Source of the DNA: Nitrospirales bacterium | GTDB lineage: Bacteria; Nitrospirota; Nitrospiria; Nitrospirales; UBA8639 | Direction of reading: 5' to 3' | NCBI GenBank assembly: GCA_963422365.1 | Contig: OY729426.1 | Span: forward strand, 1,984,001 to 2,048,000 | DNA length: 64,000 bases | Part shown: positions 46,590-57,278 of the stretch, one piece after another | Layout of the letters: every line of letters starts with the position of its first letter | Position numbering within the stretch: position 1 is the stretch's first letter | Program-made: the position numbers and the translations under genes | Notes under the pieces: model-generated | Database searches by the model: none | The model's input: only the letters and a program-made list of their open reading frames with translations | What the model was told of the DNA's origin: nothing

Positions 46590-47135
46590 ATGATGATCTC
46601 AAAACCTCAGTCCGGAGTGCAGTCCGAACATACGCCTCGCTCCTCCTCAACCAGATGGATGGTTCAGGGTAGAATGCTCTGCTTGCTGGGCACAGCCCTG
46701 TTAGCGGGATGCACCAGTACCGAACAATATCAGGCCGAAAAGGCACGGGGCTTAAACTTTCAACGCTTGTTGGCACAAGAGGAACGACGCGTCAACGCAT
46801 TGAACACCCAATTGGCACAAAAGGAAAAACAAATAGAGGAACTCAATGCCCAATGGGAAGAGACGAAGCGTAAAATAGCGTCGGTGGAATCGCAAAATCG
46901 TGAACTTGTTTCGCAAAACCGTCATCTGACCGTTGAGCTTGACGCCCTTCGAGAGCAAAGCACTCGTCAGCAGGCAAAAAGGCCTGCTGTTGACTCCCCT
47001 GCCCTATCAAGAGGCCTCGACACTCAAGAAAGGCCGCTTTCCGACACCTCGCTTTCAAATCCTTTTATGACTGAAGAAGATCTGATGAATATACTTAAGT
47101 CCGAAGGTAACGCCGGCGGGCCCAAAACTCAATAA
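46590..47135 (+). CDS. Coiled-coil lipoprotein (paralog of the downstream LysM lipoprotein)
   Basis: Lipobox LLAGC, QYQAEKARGLNFQRLLAQEE, coiled coil. Confidence 0.8.
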   Translation: MMISKPQSGVQSEHTPRSSSTRWMVQGRMLCLLGTALLAGCTSTEQYQAEKARGLNFQRLLAQEERRVNALNTQLAQKEKQIEELNAQWEETKRKIASVESQNRELVSQNRHLTVELDALREQSTRQQAKRPAVDSPALSRGLDTQERPLSDTSLSNPFMTEEDLMNILKSEGNAGGPKTQ

Positions 47136-47369
47136 GCCGAGACACCGCCCTCAGTATACTCAACGCTTCTGGTTACATCAGTTAAGTAAAGTTTTCTCTC
47201 CCACGTAGAGAAGGAAAACATCGCTTATCGTGTCTCGACATTTGACATTTATGGGCTCTCCTTTTATTCTTAGCATGATATTCGGTATCTCTATTCTAGC
47301 CGAACCATCTGGCACGAGCGAATACCATTTTCTCGCAAACCTAACGGATAAAACCAGAAAGGGAGCCTG

Positions 47370-48011
47370 ATGATGACCCTCACACCTCAATCCAGAGCGC
47401 AGCATCAACAGGAGCCTTGCTTCTCCTCAACCAGATGGACCGTTCAGGGAGGAATACTCTGCCTGCTAGGTGCAGCCTTGGTATCGGGATGTGTGAGTTC
47501 GGACCAATATCAGGCAGAAAAGTCCCGCGCCTTAAACTTCCAACGTTTGTTGTCACAAGAGGAACAGCGGACGAGCGAACTCGATACCCGATTACAAGAG
47601 GCAAAACAGGAAATATCATCGTTGGGATCCCAAAACCGTGAACTTGCGGCTGAGCTTGATGTCCTTCAAGAGCAAATCGGTCGTCAGCAACCAAGTGCCC
47701 CAGCAGGGGGTTTCCCTGTCCCATCAAGCGATCCCGACGCCTCGCGGGAAATGCCTCCTTCAGAACCATCGCTTTCAGAATTCGGGCTGAATGATTTTTC
47801 CTTCGATGAGTCGGATTTTAACGACTTCGGTATGGGGAAAACTGATGCTGGCGGTTTGGGAACATCGACCTATTACACGGTTGTTCGTGGAGACACCTTA
47901 TACCAGATTTCTCGTGAATATGGTGTGACCGTTGATCAATTGAAAGCGTGGAATAACCTTACCGACAACATTATTTCTATTGGCCAACGGCTAATCGTGA
48001 GTCCACCGTAA
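47370..48011 (+). CDS. Coiled-coil lipoprotein with C-terminal LysM domain
   Basis: Lipobox VSGC, QYQAEKSRALNFQRLLSQEE, YTVVRGDTLYQISREYGVTVDQLKAWNNL...GQRLIV. Confidence 0.9.
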   Translation: MMTLTPQSRAQHQQEPCFSSTRWTVQGGILCLLGAALVSGCVSSDQYQAEKSRALNFQRLLSQEEQRTSELDTRLQEAKQEISSLGSQNRELAAELDVLQEQIGRQQPSAPAGGFPVPSSDPDASREMPPSEPSLSEFGLNDFSFDESDFNDFGMGKTDAGGLGTSTYYTVVRGDTLYQISREYGVTVDQLKAWNNLTDNIISIGQRLIVSPP

Positions 48012-48280
48012 TCGTCCCCATCCTCACCATTGCCCTTTCCTGTTTGAGAAAGCCACCTTTTCTCGATGCTTGTGTTTTACCCTGAGTCGACCCCTCCATT
48101 CTTCAGGAACACCGTCTCATGACCGGAACGACGTGCCACTCTTTCCGTGTCTATTTCCTGTATCAATTGCCACAATGGACATATTTTCTCTTACAAAAAA
48201 GATTACAAGTTAGGGATGTGATGGGTGGGATTATGATTTCGTTCGAGGACAGGGACATGCCCTTAGCGACCAAGAAGAAC

Positions 48281-48305
48281 GCGCCATGAGATGGCGCCAC
48301 TACAA
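48281..48305 (-). repeat. Single GTAG-family REP hairpin
   Basis: Minus strand ttgtagtg-GCGCCAT-ctc-ATGGCGC. Confidence 0.65.
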
Positions 48306-48442
48306 CAGAAAAAGAAGGTAACTAGCCGCTTATTCTGTCAATGAATGAGTGAACATTGACAAGAATGAATGACAAAGAACGGATTAGAGCCAGTCTTGCC
48401 TACCCTAAGCCTAGCGAAGGGAACGACGTAAAGAAAAAGCTG

Positions 48443-49396
48443 TTAGCCGGCCAACTGGGTCGGTCGTTCTGAAACCGAGGGCAGAGATCCTTGACGGGTG
48501 GAGTGTTCAAACCGATGCCCGTTCACGGTGATGTTCCAATTCCAGTACTCCCCATTTTGCATTGAGTACATTTCTACCTCGATACGGTTGCCGCGTTCCA
48601 CGGAAACGGGTCGGTCGATGGGAAAAAAGGCCAGCCCCCAATGAGAGGCTTTATCCTGAGGACCGTTGGAGATACAAAGCGTCGGGATCAATGCGGATTT
48701 AAACCAACCCGCCAGCCCATGAAACCACCCCCGCCGTTTGGCAGAGATGGAGAAGTTGGCTTTGACTTCTGCCTGTATCGTTTCCGCAAATTGAATCTCT
48801 TCCACACGGAGAGGATCACCAAGGAACGTTCCTTCATGTAACTTCACCGGATGAAAGTTGTTCACCGTCAAGTTGCGAACAGGTGAGAAGTCGAACCCTT
48901 GACATTTGTTCACCCAAAAATCAAGGACGTGTTCATAAAATTGTGGCAGTTCAACTGGCACAAAGAATAAGTCCGCGCTACAGGGAATGAGTGTTCCGCC
49001 TTTTTTGAGAAAACGATCTCGGGCATCAGTGAGAGATCCGATAATCCCCTCTTCAAAACCAAACGTGCCCATCGTCTCCGTGACGATCACATCAGCCTGT
49101 TCAGGCAACTCAACATTGAAAGACAGGTCATTGTAAAACGTGATTCGATCCTGGACCCCGTTTTTCGCTGCCACAAGTTTGGCAATTTCGATGACAGCTT
49201 CACTCTCCATGGCATACACATGACGGGCGCCGGCACGGCAAGCGAAGAAAGAGAGAATGCCTGACCCACAACCTACGTCCACAACCACGTCGCCTGGTTT
49301 GACAACCTGGGAAATAGCTTGACGGTACGCACCGGTCCGTGTCTCATCAACCAACATCGACAGGTGATAATTGATGAAGTCGGTGTACTTCGTCAT
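48443..49396 (-). CDS. PRMT-like class I SAM-dependent protein methyltransferase
   Basis: HLSMLVDETRTGAY, VVDVGCGSGILS, LPEQADVIVTETMG...EEG, LKKGGTLIP, HGLAGWF, NGP...SHW; start ATG 49396. Confidence 0.88.
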   Translation of the reverse strand: MTKYTDFINYHLSMLVDETRTGAYRQAISQVVKPGDVVVDVGCGSGILSFFACRAGARHVYAMESEAVIEIAKLVAAKNGVQDRITFYNDLSFNVELPEQADVIVTETMGTFGFEEGIIGSLTDARDRFLKKGGTLIPCSADLFFVPVELPQFYEHVLDFWVNKCQGFDFSPVRNLTVNNFHPVKLHEGTFLGDPLRVEEIQFAETIQAEVKANFSISAKRRGWFHGLAGWFKSALIPTLCISNGPQDKASHWGLAFFPIDRPVSVERGNRIEVEMYSMQNGEYWNWNITVNGHRFEHSTRQGSLPSVSERPTQLAG

Positions 49397-49777
49397 GAGT
49401 TCTTTCCCCTTCAGCAGACAAAAAAGACGCAACGATCAATTCAACAGGGGCAAACGGATCGCGGCGTCCTACGTGATGGGTTGCTCCATCCTCAGCGCAC
49501 GGTCTTGCTGACTGCCGATTTTCTGAGAATCATGCCCCTATGTATTTTCCCTGGACATACTCCTCTGTACGGCAAGACGGAACCAGCTCATAATCGACGC
49601 TAACACATCTCGAAAAATGAAATCAATGGCCGGCACGGGGGAGTGGCAACTTTTGCGGAAAGCGAGATTGTAGATTCTGGGCAAACCTGTCAGAGAGTTT
49701 TCATCCTTTCTCCTGATTGCTCTTTTCAAGAAACCCTCAAGCTGTTGTGAGACAGAGACACGGGTACGTACCACGGC

Positions 49778-51325
49778 ATGAATTCAAATAGGCAACAACG
49801 CTGGCGTCATTCCTTTCAGGCATTTTGGCACCCGCGTGTCATCACCATGTTGGTTCTGGGCTTCTCGGCCGGGGTCCCTCTTCTGTTGATTTTTTCCTCA
49901 CTCTCGTTGTGGCTGCGTGAAGCTGGAGTCGAGCGTTCGGCCGTCACCTTCTTCAGCTGGGCCGCACTAGGCTATTCCTTCAAATTCGTGTGGGCGCCGC
50001 TCGTCGACACATTACCCCTCCCAGTCCTGACACGCAGGTTAGGACGTCGACGGGGCTGGATGCTGCTTGCGCAATGTTCCATCATTACCGCCATTCTCGG
50101 CATGGCCCTCATCGATCCCGCCAGTGGCCAACTCAGCCTCACATTGATGGCCCTGGTTGCTGTGCTGCTTGGATTTTCCTCCGCTACCCAGGACATCGTG
50201 ATTGATGCCTACCGCATCGAGTCAGCCGATCCCTCGTTGCAAGCCATGATGTCATCTACCTATATCGCAGGCTATCGTATCGGGATGTTGGTTTCGGGGG
50301 CTGGTGCCTTATTTCTGGCTAGTGCTTTCGGGTCAGCCAAAGGTGCCTACCAGTATCAAGCTTGGCAGTGGTCGTATTTCATTATGGCTGCCACCATGCT
50401 GGTGGGCGTGGTTGCAACCATCGTCATTTCGGAACCAGTCGCAAATCGAACAAGCCGCACCTCTCGCTCGACAAGAGAATATATGGGGCTTCTTGTCATG
50501 TTTGTTGCCTCTGTCACCGGCTTTATCATGGTTTTTTACTCTACCGCCGAATGGGCTGAGGAGACCACCAAACTGCTCACAGCAATAGTTGGGACCAAAC
50601 CGTTCGCCGGATTTATAGTCGAAACGGTACGCGTGAGCGCAGGAGCCATGGTGGCATGGGTGTTCGCTACCCTCGTCATTCGATCGGGTATCGCAAGCCG
50701 GGACATAATGGCGGAAACCTATATTGCCCCGGTGAAAGACTTCTTTGGGCGCTATGGACTCAAATCGGCTTTCCTGCTTATTGCGCTGGTCGGTGTATAC
50801 CGAATCTCCGATATCGTGCTGGGAGTGATTGCCAACGTGTTTTATCAGGACATGGAATTCACCAAAACGGAAATTGCCGGCGTCGTGAAAACATTTGGAT
50901 TGTTCATGACCATCGCCGGTGGCTTTCTGGGTGGAATCCTTTCAGTACGATACGGCGTGATCCGTATCCTGTTCCTAGGTGCTCTTCTGTCGGCGACCAC
51001 CAACCTTCTGTTTGTGCTGCTGGCTTCCAGGGGGCATGATCTCAATATGCTCTATCTGGTCATTTCAGCCGACAACCTGTCGGCCGGATTAGCCAGTGCC
51101 GCCTTTGTGGCATTCCTCTCCAGGCTTACGAATATTCAGTTTACCGCGATGCAATATGCCATCTTCAGTTCACTTATGACCTTGTTTCCCAAAATACTGG
51201 GCGGGTACTCCGGAACCATCGTAGACAGCCTAGGCTACTCAAGATTCTTTCTCCTTACCGCATGCCTAGGGCTGCCTGTACTCGCGCTCATTTGGCAGGC
51301 TCGGACTTCTTTAGAAACCAAATAG
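49778..51325 (+). CDS. ampG: AmpG muropeptide MFS permease
   Basis: LGFSAGVP, KFVWAPLVD, LGRRRGW, SATQDIVIDAYRIE, FTAMQYAIFSS. Confidence 0.95.
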   Translation: MNSNRQQRWRHSFQAFWHPRVITMLVLGFSAGVPLLLIFSSLSLWLREAGVERSAVTFFSWAALGYSFKFVWAPLVDTLPLPVLTRRLGRRRGWMLLAQCSIITAILGMALIDPASGQLSLTLMALVAVLLGFSSATQDIVIDAYRIESADPSLQAMMSSTYIAGYRIGMLVSGAGALFLASAFGSAKGAYQYQAWQWSYFIMAATMLVGVVATIVISEPVANRTSRTSRSTREYMGLLVMFVASVTGFIMVFYSTAEWAEETTKLLTAIVGTKPFAGFIVETVRVSAGAMVAWVFATLVIRSGIASRDIMAETYIAPVKDFFGRYGLKSAFLLIALVGVYRISDIVLGVIANVFYQDMEFTKTEIAGVVKTFGLFMTIAGGFLGGILSVRYGVIRILFLGALLSATTNLLFVLLASRGHDLNMLYLVISADNLSAGLASAAFVAFLSRLTNIQFTAMQYAIFSSLMTLFPKILGGYSGTIVDSLGYSRFFLLTACLGLPVLALIWQARTSLETK

Positions 51326-51382
51326 CCTGCCCTGCTTGTCCTGAGCGAGGGGCTTGACGAAGGATGGTGCCTGTATCTTCGA

Positions 51383-51442
51383 TTGTCGCTGCGCCATCTC
51401 ATGGCGCCTCTGCTTGGGCAGCAGAAGATGCTGCAGCGACAC
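51383..51442. repeat. REPIN-like element (inverted REP pair)
   Basis: ttgtcgct-GCGCCAT-ctc-ATGGCGC and GCAGCAG-aag-ATGCTGC-agcgacac. Confidence 0.75.
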
Positions 51443-51476
51443 TGGATCGAAAAGCTCAGAGCTTGCCCTGAGCCTG

Positions 51477-52328
51477 CTAAAGGAAAAGACTTCGCTCATC
51501 ATATCCGACAAGAAAGGGAGCGGCTTCTTCTTGTTCCTCCTGAACGGGATTGCTAAGCATGCCGATGTGTTCAATCTCAATGGTGACCAAGTCACCATCC
51601 TTAAGAAAGATCGGCGGATTTCTTGTAAACCCGACTCCCTGTGGTGTCCCCGTCAAAATAACCGTCCCTGGTAAAAGAGTCGTGCCTTCACTGAGAAAAC
51701 TCATCAGGGTTGGGACATCAAAAATCATATCGGAGGTAGTCGAATCCTGCATGGTTTCGCCATTCAGTTTGGTTGTCATTTTCAGATTGTTGGGGTCAGA
51801 AACATCATCCGGTGTCACAAGACAAGGCCCGAGGGGGCAAAACGTGTCAAACGACTTTCCTCGGCACCATTGTTTTCCTCCACCCTCTTTCTGCCAACGG
51901 CGGGCACGTACGTCATTGGCGCACGTAAACCCCAGCACATAGTCGAGTGCTTGGCTTCGTTCAACGTTTTTCGCAGATTTTCCAATGACCACTGCCAATT
52001 CGCATTCGTAATCGACCTGCCCCGTGGCAATTTTGGGAACGACGATGGGATCATCTGGATCGTTGAGTGCATTGACAGCTTTGATGAACAATACAGGATA
52101 GTCAGGAATCTTCGCCCCCGTCTCTTCAGCATGCTGTCGATAGTTGAGTCCGACGCAAAGAATTGTAGGAGGTGAAACGGGGGCCAACACCTTTTTAATT
52201 TGAACAACCCGATCCGTCACCTCGTACTGGTCGAAGATGTGGCCTTCGATGAGTCGAGCGGATACGTTCGTTGCCCACTCACCATAGTGGATTAGCCCTG
52301 AGTGATCTCGAAACCTGACAATTTTCAT
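51477..52328 (-). CDS. Fumarylacetoacetate hydrolase family protein
   Basis: CVGLNYRQH, DYECELAVVIG, GKSFDTFCPLGP, ILTGTP; start ATG 52328. Confidence 0.95.
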   Translation of the reverse strand: MKIVRFRDHSGLIHYGEWATNVSARLIEGHIFDQYEVTDRVVQIKKVLAPVSPPTILCVGLNYRQHAEETGAKIPDYPVLFIKAVNALNDPDDPIVVPKIATGQVDYECELAVVIGKSAKNVERSQALDYVLGFTCANDVRARRWQKEGGGKQWCRGKSFDTFCPLGPCLVTPDDVSDPNNLKMTTKLNGETMQDSTTSDMIFDVPTLMSFLSEGTTLLPGTVILTGTPQGVGFTRNPPIFLKDGDLVTIEIEHIGMLSNPVQEEQEEAAPFLVGYDERSLFL

Positions 52329-52483
52329 ACACAACCTTCCCGAAAGTAGTATACTCAAAAATGCTCGCTCAGTCCTCCCCTGCCTGCCAGTGATACCAAA
52401 GGAAAGGATCTTGCTTTTTCTACTGAGACGGTTCTCATGAGTTGCATTGACTTGTTTTGAAGCCACATGATACCGTTTCATCT

Positions 52484-53980
52484 ATGAAAAATCCTTTTTA
52501 TTCAATAAGTTTTGATCAATTTTGCCAATTGGCCCAGATGGGAAATTTGGTGCCGGTGTATCGTGAAATTTTGGCAGATCGGGAAACACCGGTCAGCGCA
52601 TTTTCTAAAATCAATTCCGGCAATACGGCTTTCCTGTTTGAAAGCATTGAAGGTGGCGAAAACTGGGCGCGGTATTCATTTTTGGGTAGTAATGCCTCAC
52701 AAGCTCTGTGGGAAGACGGTGGCATACTCCATATAAAAAACGGTCGAACAACGGAAACACGTCCGTTAGGGCACAATCCTTTGGCCCATATTCGGGCCAT
52801 GTTGGACGAGTTTCAGCCAGTACGGGTACCGGGCCTCCCTCACTTTGTCGGGGGAGCCGTCGGCTATCTGGGGTATGACCTCGTTCGATGTTTCGAACCA
52901 ATTCCTTCGTATCCCAAAGATTCCGCCCAATTCCCTCTACTTGCCTTTTTCGTCACGGACACACTTTTGATCTTTGATAATATACGGCATACGATCAAAG
53001 TCGTAGCCAATGCGCATATTGCGTCTTCCACGAAATCAGACCTCAAATCTGCATATGTGAATGCCACAACTCGGATCAAGAAAATGCTTGCGAAACTCAA
53101 AACACCCTTGCGGCGTCAGTCTTCTTCCGCGCGTCGACAGGTTCCATACTTCACCCCCAATATGACGCAGGCCAATTTCGAAAAAATGGTCATGCGGACC
53201 AAAGAATATATTCAAGCCGGCGATATCGTACAGGCAGTCGTCTCCCAACGATGGCAGACCAAGATTCGCACGCCTCCCTTGGAAATTTATCGTGCGTTAC
53301 GGGTGATCAATCCTTCGCCCTATATGTTTTATCTCCGAGTGGCAGGAGTCGAATTGGTTGGGTCCTCACCAGAAATTTTGGTTCGGTGCGAAGAAAATCA
53401 AGTTGTCGTTCGGCCGATTGCGGGGACTCGAAAGCGCGGGGTGACAGTCGCGGAAGATCAGGCTTTAGCCGAAGAACTGTTAGCCGATACAAAGGAACGC
53501 GCCGAACATGTGATGCTGGTTGATTTAGGACGAAACGATGTCGGACGCGTGGCTCAAATAGGCACGGTCGTGCTTGATCCATTTATGAAAATCGAACGAT
53601 ACTCGCACGTCATGCACCTTGTCTCGCAAGTGGTGGGCACGTTAAATCCGGCAAGAGACACGTATGATGTCATGAAAGCGTGTTTTCCCGCCGGTACGGT
53701 CTCGGGGGCGCCGAAAATTCGAGCCATGCAAATCATCGAAGAGCTCGAACCCACGCAACGAGGCCCCTATGCCGGCGCCGTGGGCTATTTTAGTTTCTCG
53801 GGCACTATGGATACCTGCATCAATATTCGAACTATTGTCATTAAAGGCCCAAACGCCTTCATTCAAGCCGGTGCGGGAATCGTCGCCGATTCCGATCCGA
53901 CGAAAGAATACGAGGAGACCTGCAATAAAGTCCATGCCATGATGCAAAGCATCGAAATGGCTGAACAGGGTCTGGAATAA
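52484..53980 (+). CDS. trpE: Anthranilate synthase component I
   Basis: FLFES, RYSF, NPSPYMF, GSSPE, IAGTRKRG, EHVMLVDLGRND, PAGTVSGAPK. Confidence 0.97.
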   Translation: MKNPFYSISFDQFCQLAQMGNLVPVYREILADRETPVSAFSKINSGNTAFLFESIEGGENWARYSFLGSNASQALWEDGGILHIKNGRTTETRPLGHNPLAHIRAMLDEFQPVRVPGLPHFVGGAVGYLGYDLVRCFEPIPSYPKDSAQFPLLAFFVTDTLLIFDNIRHTIKVVANAHIASSTKSDLKSAYVNATTRIKKMLAKLKTPLRRQSSSARRQVPYFTPNMTQANFEKMVMRTKEYIQAGDIVQAVVSQRWQTKIRTPPLEIYRALRVINPSPYMFYLRVAGVELVGSSPEILVRCEENQVVVRPIAGTRKRGVTVAEDQALAEELLADTKERAEHVMLVDLGRNDVGRVAQIGTVVLDPFMKIERYSHVMHLVSQVVGTLNPARDTYDVMKACFPAGTVSGAPKIRAMQIIEELEPTQRGPYAGAVGYFSFSGTMDTCINIRTIVIKGPNAFIQAGAGIVADSDPTKEYEETCNKVHAMMQSIEMAEQGLE

Positions 53981-54073
53981 CACCAAGGAACCGTCAACAT
54001 GAGATGGACAAGAAGGTGACGCCTGCACAAAGCGCAACGCGACTTCTGCCCTCTAACTTTTTATGATAATTCT

Positions 54074-54667
54074 ATGTTGCTCATGATCGACAATTATGAC
54101 TCCTTTACGTACAACTTGGTTCAATACCTCGGGGAACTGGGTGCCGATATTGAGGTCTATCGAAACGATACAATCACGGTTGAGGCGATTACGAAACTGC
54201 ATCCGCAACACATTGTGGTCTCTCCTGGCCCTTGTACGCCCAATGAAGCGGGGATTTCCGTAGAAGTGATCCGACATTGTGCCGGACGCATTCCGCTGTT
54301 AGGCGTCTGTCTCGGACATCAATCTTTAGCCTTTGCCTTCGGCGGCGAAATTATCCACGCGGATCGCCTGATGCATGGCAAAACATCATTGGTCAAACAC
54401 GACAATCAAACGATTTTTGAAGGCCTGCCCAATCCGTTTGAAGCCACGCGGTATCATTCGCTAATCGTCAACCGAGAGACACTGCCAAGTGATTTTGAAA
54501 TTTCAGCGATGACGGAAGAAGACGAAATCATGGGGCTTCGGCATCTTCCAACCGGTGCAGAAGGCATACAGTTCCACCCTGAGTCGATCCTCACGAAATC
54601 CGGCATAGATTTATTGCGAAACTTTCTTAAACTGGGCTCCGGGAATGGTGAACCCCTCGCGGCATAG
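54074..54667 (+). CDS. trpG: Anthranilate synthase component II
   Basis: [36 protein letters not shown]. Confidence 0.95.
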   Translation: MLLMIDNYDSFTYNLVQYLGELGADIEVYRNDTITVEAITKLHPQHIVVSPGPCTPNEAGISVEVIRHCAGRIPLLGVCLGHQSLAFAFGGEIIHADRLMHGKTSLVKHDNQTIFEGLPNPFEATRYHSLIVNRETLPSDFEISAMTEEDEIMGLRHLPTGAEGIQFHPESILTKSGIDLLRNFLKLGSGNGEPLAA

Positions 54668-54695
54668 CCCCAACTAAATCGGCAGGACATGGCAC

Positions 54696-55715
54696 ATGAT
54701 CAAACAAGCCCTCACAAAATTGGTTGAAGGGATCAACCTTACAGAACAAGAAGCCTATGAAGTCATGCTTGAAATCATGCAAGGTGCCGCTTCTGAATCC
54801 CAAATTGCCGCATACCTCATCGGCCTTCGGATAAAGGGCGAGATCGTCGAGGAAATCACGGGTTCGGTGAAAGCCATGCGTGAAATGGCTATGCGTATTC
54901 ACGTGGGGGACCCTCAGGTCGTCGATACCTGCGGAACCGGGGGCGATCAATCCAACACCTTTAATATTTCCACTGCGACGGCGTTCGTGGTGGCCGGAGG
55001 CGGCATCACCGTTGCGAAACATGGAAATCGGTCGGTCTCCTCACGGTCTGGGAGTGCCGACGTGTTAGCCGCCATGGGCGTCAACATTGATCTTCCTACA
55101 GACCACGTGGAAGCCTGTGTCAATGAAATCGGAATTGGATTTTTGTTTGCGCCGCTCTACCACGGGGCGATGAAGCATTGCGCCAAACCTCGTTCCGAAA
55201 TGGGAATACGAACGTTGATGAATATCATGGGGCCTTTATCCAACCCTGCAGGGGCCGGCATCCAAATTTTAGGCGTCTATGATCATGCCTTAACGGAAAA
55301 ATTGGCCCAAGTTCTCATCCGTTTGGGCACCCAACATTGTTTTGTCTTGCATGGCAAGGATGGATTAGACGAACTGACATTGACCGATTTCACCTACGTT
55401 TCCGAAGGCAAAGCCGGACGGGTTTCGAGTTATCACCTGGCTCCGGAAGATTTTGGCTTAACCCGAGTGAACCCCACAGATCTGCGAGGGGGGACTCCCG
55501 AAGACAATGCAGCCATGATTCAGGATATTCTCAAGGGGCATCGGAACGCGAAACGAAACGTTGTGCTCATGAATGCCGCACCGGCATTTGTGGCTTGCGG
55601 AAAAGCCAAAAGCCTAAAAGAAGGGTATAGCCACGCCACGAACGCTCTAGATAGTGGGGCGGCTTACGAGAAATTTCAAAAACTTGTCTGGTTTTCGAAT
55701 AGGGCTGCTGCATGA
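54696..55715 (+). CDS. trpD: Anthranilate phosphoribosyltransferase
   Basis: DTCGTGGD, FNIST, KHGNRSVSS, GLDE. Confidence 0.98.
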   Translation: MIKQALTKLVEGINLTEQEAYEVMLEIMQGAASESQIAAYLIGLRIKGEIVEEITGSVKAMREMAMRIHVGDPQVVDTCGTGGDQSNTFNISTATAFVVAGGGITVAKHGNRSVSSRSGSADVLAAMGVNIDLPTDHVEACVNEIGIGFLFAPLYHGAMKHCAKPRSEMGIRTLMNIMGPLSNPAGAGIQILGVYDHALTEKLAQVLIRLGTQHCFVLHGKDGLDELTLTDFTYVSEGKAGRVSSYHLAPEDFGLTRVNPTDLRGGTPEDNAAMIQDILKGHRNAKRNVVLMNAAPAFVACGKAKSLKEGYSHATNALDSGAAYEKFQKLVWFSNRAAA

Positions 55716-56566
55716 TTCTGGATCGAATCCTGGAACATAAAAAAGCAGAACTCCGTCGAAAAAAAAGCCGCGGCTATCTAAGCAGCCTCAAGGGGAAAAT
55801 AGCTGATCGGTCTGATCCGTCAGGCTTTATCAAAGCCTTAGAAGCAGCCTACACACCGGACTGCCCGGCCCTGATTACAGAAGTCAAAAAGGCGTCACCG
55901 AGTCAGGGATTGATGCGTCCGGAGTTTGAAGACCGATTTGACCCGGTCAAGATTGCCGATGCGTATAAAGCCCATGGAGCCGCAGCCGTCTCTGTGCTGA
56001 CGGATCAAGAATTTTTTCTCGGGCATTTGGACGACCTGGCCCACGTCAAGGACTACGTAGGACTGCCGGCATTAAACAAAGAATTTATGATCGAAGACAT
56101 ACAATTCTATGAAGCACGCGCATATGGGGCCGATGCCGTCTTGCTCATCGTGGCGGCCTTGGATCGGATTCAACTCGAAGAGTTCTATACGATTGCCACA
56201 GACTTGGCACTCGATGTCCTGATTGAAACGCATGACGAGTCGGAAATCGATTTGGTCTTAGAACGCATTCCCGATGCTGCCCTGATCGGTATCAACAATC
56301 GAGACCTGACAACCTTCTCGACTGATCTCGCGATGACCGGGCGACTTGCCCACCGGATTCCTTCCGACAAAATCATTGTGAGTGAAAGCGGAATCCACAA
56401 ACGCGAGGACGTGCTCCAGATTTTAGAAGCCGGAGCTAAGGCTATGCTGGTGGGTGAATCGTTAGTTCGAGCGAATGATATCGGCACCAAGATTCAAGAC
56501 CTGTGTGGAATGGCCGGACAGAAAAGTGAAGACCAACAACCCGCGCAAGGAACTCGCTGGATTTAA
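55712..56566 (+). CDS. trpC: Indole-3-glycerol phosphate synthase
   Basis: EVKKASPS, SVLTD, GADAVLLI, GINNRDL, VSESGI. Confidence 0.97.
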   Translation: MILDRILEHKKAELRRKKSRGYLSSLKGKIADRSDPSGFIKALEAAYTPDCPALITEVKKASPSQGLMRPEFEDRFDPVKIADAYKAHGAAAVSVLTDQEFFLGHLDDLAHVKDYVGLPALNKEFMIEDIQFYEARAYGADAVLLIVAALDRIQLEEFYTIATDLALDVLIETHDESEIDLVLERIPDAALIGINNRDLTTFSTDLAMTGRLAHRIPSDKIIVSESGIHKREDVLQILEAGAKAMLVGESLVRANDIGTKIQDLCGMAGQKSEDQQPAQGTRWI

Positions 56567-56598
56567 CCGACCTTTCCCTGCTTTCCACCCATCAGGCC

Positions 56599-57234
56599 AT
56601 GGCTCTGCCAAAAATCAAAATCTGTGGAATCACGAACCCAATCGATGCCTTACAGGCCATTGATGCCGGGGCCGATGCTCTCGGTTTCGTCTTCTACAAA
56701 AAAAGTCCGCGCAACGTTAGTTTGAACGTCGTCAAGTCCATTGTGGTCCATTTGCCGCCGTTCGTGTTGCCCATTGGAGTGTTTGTCAATGCAGAACCCG
56801 AGAAGGTTCGACAGACCATGGATGAATGCGGGTTAGCGCTCGCTCAAATTCATGGAGACGAATCGGCTGAGTATTGTGAATCGCTGGGACGTCCGGTTGT
56901 ACGAGGGATCAGACTTCGCGACCGTAACACCCTTTTTGCCATGGCTGAATACAAAGGCCGAGCCCGAGTTCGAGGGTTTGTTTTGGATGCTTTTTCAGCG
57001 ACAGCCTATGGAGGAACCGGAAAACCTGCGGATTGGAACCTTGCCGCAGAAGCCGCTCAGTCTTTTTCATTTTTGCTTGCAGGGGGGCTCACTTCCGATA
57101 ATGTTCAAGAGGCGATCCGGAAAGTCCAGCCTTATGGCGTAGACGTCAGCAGTGGCGTGGAAGCCAGCCCGGGCAAAAAAGATCCCGCCAAGGTGAAAGC
57201 TTTTATCCAAGCGGTGAAACTTGTGACAACATAA
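56599..57234 (+). CDS. trpF: Phosphoribosylanthranilate isomerase
   Basis: KICGIT, GADALGFVF, QIHGDE, GGTG, LAGGL, DVSSGVE. Confidence 0.97.
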   Translation: MALPKIKICGITNPIDALQAIDAGADALGFVFYKKSPRNVSLNVVKSIVVHLPPFVLPIGVFVNAEPEKVRQTMDECGLALAQIHGDESAEYCESLGRPVVRGIRLRDRNTLFAMAEYKGRARVRGFVLDAFSATAYGGTGKPADWNLAAEAAQSFSFLLAGGLTSDNVQEAIRKVQPYGVDVSSGVEASPGKKDPAKVKAFIQAVKLVTT

Positions 57235-57278
57235 GGCAACTCGCTATACTGCCTCCCAGTAACTACCCTTAAGAGGTC

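Noticed and set aside
48119..48325. Small peptide substrate for the PRMT-like enzyme, or a CINCH heme-motif ORF
   Set aside because: Short frames lack a convincing start or RBS, would need a frameshift to join, and overlap a REP hairpin
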